A stretch of DNA of 64,000 bases, from NCBI GenBank assembly GCA_002633005.1, contig NMRA01000211.1:626041-690040 (forward strand), given 5' to 3'. A program made the position numbers and the translations under genes. Positions within the stretch are counted from its first letter, which is position 1. The number at the start of each line of letters is the position of its first letter. Origin of the DNA: Phoronis australis. Lineage: Eukaryota; Animalia; Phoronida. The notes beneath the pieces are model-generated. The model saw only the letters and a program-made list of their open reading frames with translations. It was not told the origin of the DNA and made no database searches. Positions 63,471-64,000 of the stretch are shown here, piece by piece.

Positions 63471-64000
63471 ATTCTATATTGTATTTTCACTCAAATAAAT
63501 TTTGTTATTTCAAAAAGCAAACAAAAGTAGAACTTTTGAAGATAGTGTTCCAACAACACTGTACAAAATTACTTATGAAAGCAAACCAACAACAAACTAT
63601 GTTGAATAAGTAAAAACTCAATAAAAATGACTTCTCAAAATATTTGCTATGTGCTTTGTTATTCTGCAACCATGTGTGTGAAGCTGCACCTACATCTGAA
63701 ATACAGGCACCTACATGTATGAGCTTTTTAGCAAAACTTGAGGGTAAAAGTAGCTTGAAAATGTTAAAGGTGGTGCTCCATATATAGGTGCATTCTGTAG
63801 TCAATAATTACATTATAGTAGAACTAGTTACGCTAAAACGACGAGCGTCGGTAGTAAAATATATTAAAATATACCCACGTTTTGAGCGATGCGCTCATTG
63901 TCAAGGGTGTGCTATGGACTATTTTATATTTTTATTCATCGGTAACCGCACGGCATTCCAATATCTATTTGATTTCAATAATGACATTGATGGCCAATCA

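Noticed and set aside
1-64000. CRISPR arrays, rRNA, intact tRNA or prokaryotic operons
   Set aside because: None seen. The window is spliced eukaryotic DNA, and the tRNA-like sequence is confined to degenerate repeat arms.

Overview
AT-rich, repeat-dense animal genomic DNA, most likely from a marine invertebrate such as a mollusc (inferred), with three long N gaps and a few single Ns. The host genes form a lectin/extracellular-matrix locus. (1) A complete 3-exon + strand gene encodes signal peptide + PAN/Apple + F-type lectin (fucolectin) domain (12603-25729). (2) A minus-strand F-type lectin unit has one N-half exon (58555-58758), four C-half exon copies (49112 truncated, 48573, 44816, 6793 frameshifted) and a degenerate EGF-like exon. 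(3) A VIT-vWA (ITIH-like) gene with no coding introns ends in a GPI-signal-like tail (29837-31870). The rest is transposon debris: P-like, Academ, Sola3-like, Gypsy, LINE, Penelope-like and MITEs. The most striking observation lies inside a 3-kb P-like element with a 7-bp target-site duplication (TSD). There, an intronless PHD-finger-like ORF is preceded by an E2F/CCAAT/CHR-type promoter and followed by two tandem histone-mRNA stem-loops, so a non-histone mobile gene appears to be wired like a replication-dependent histone gene.
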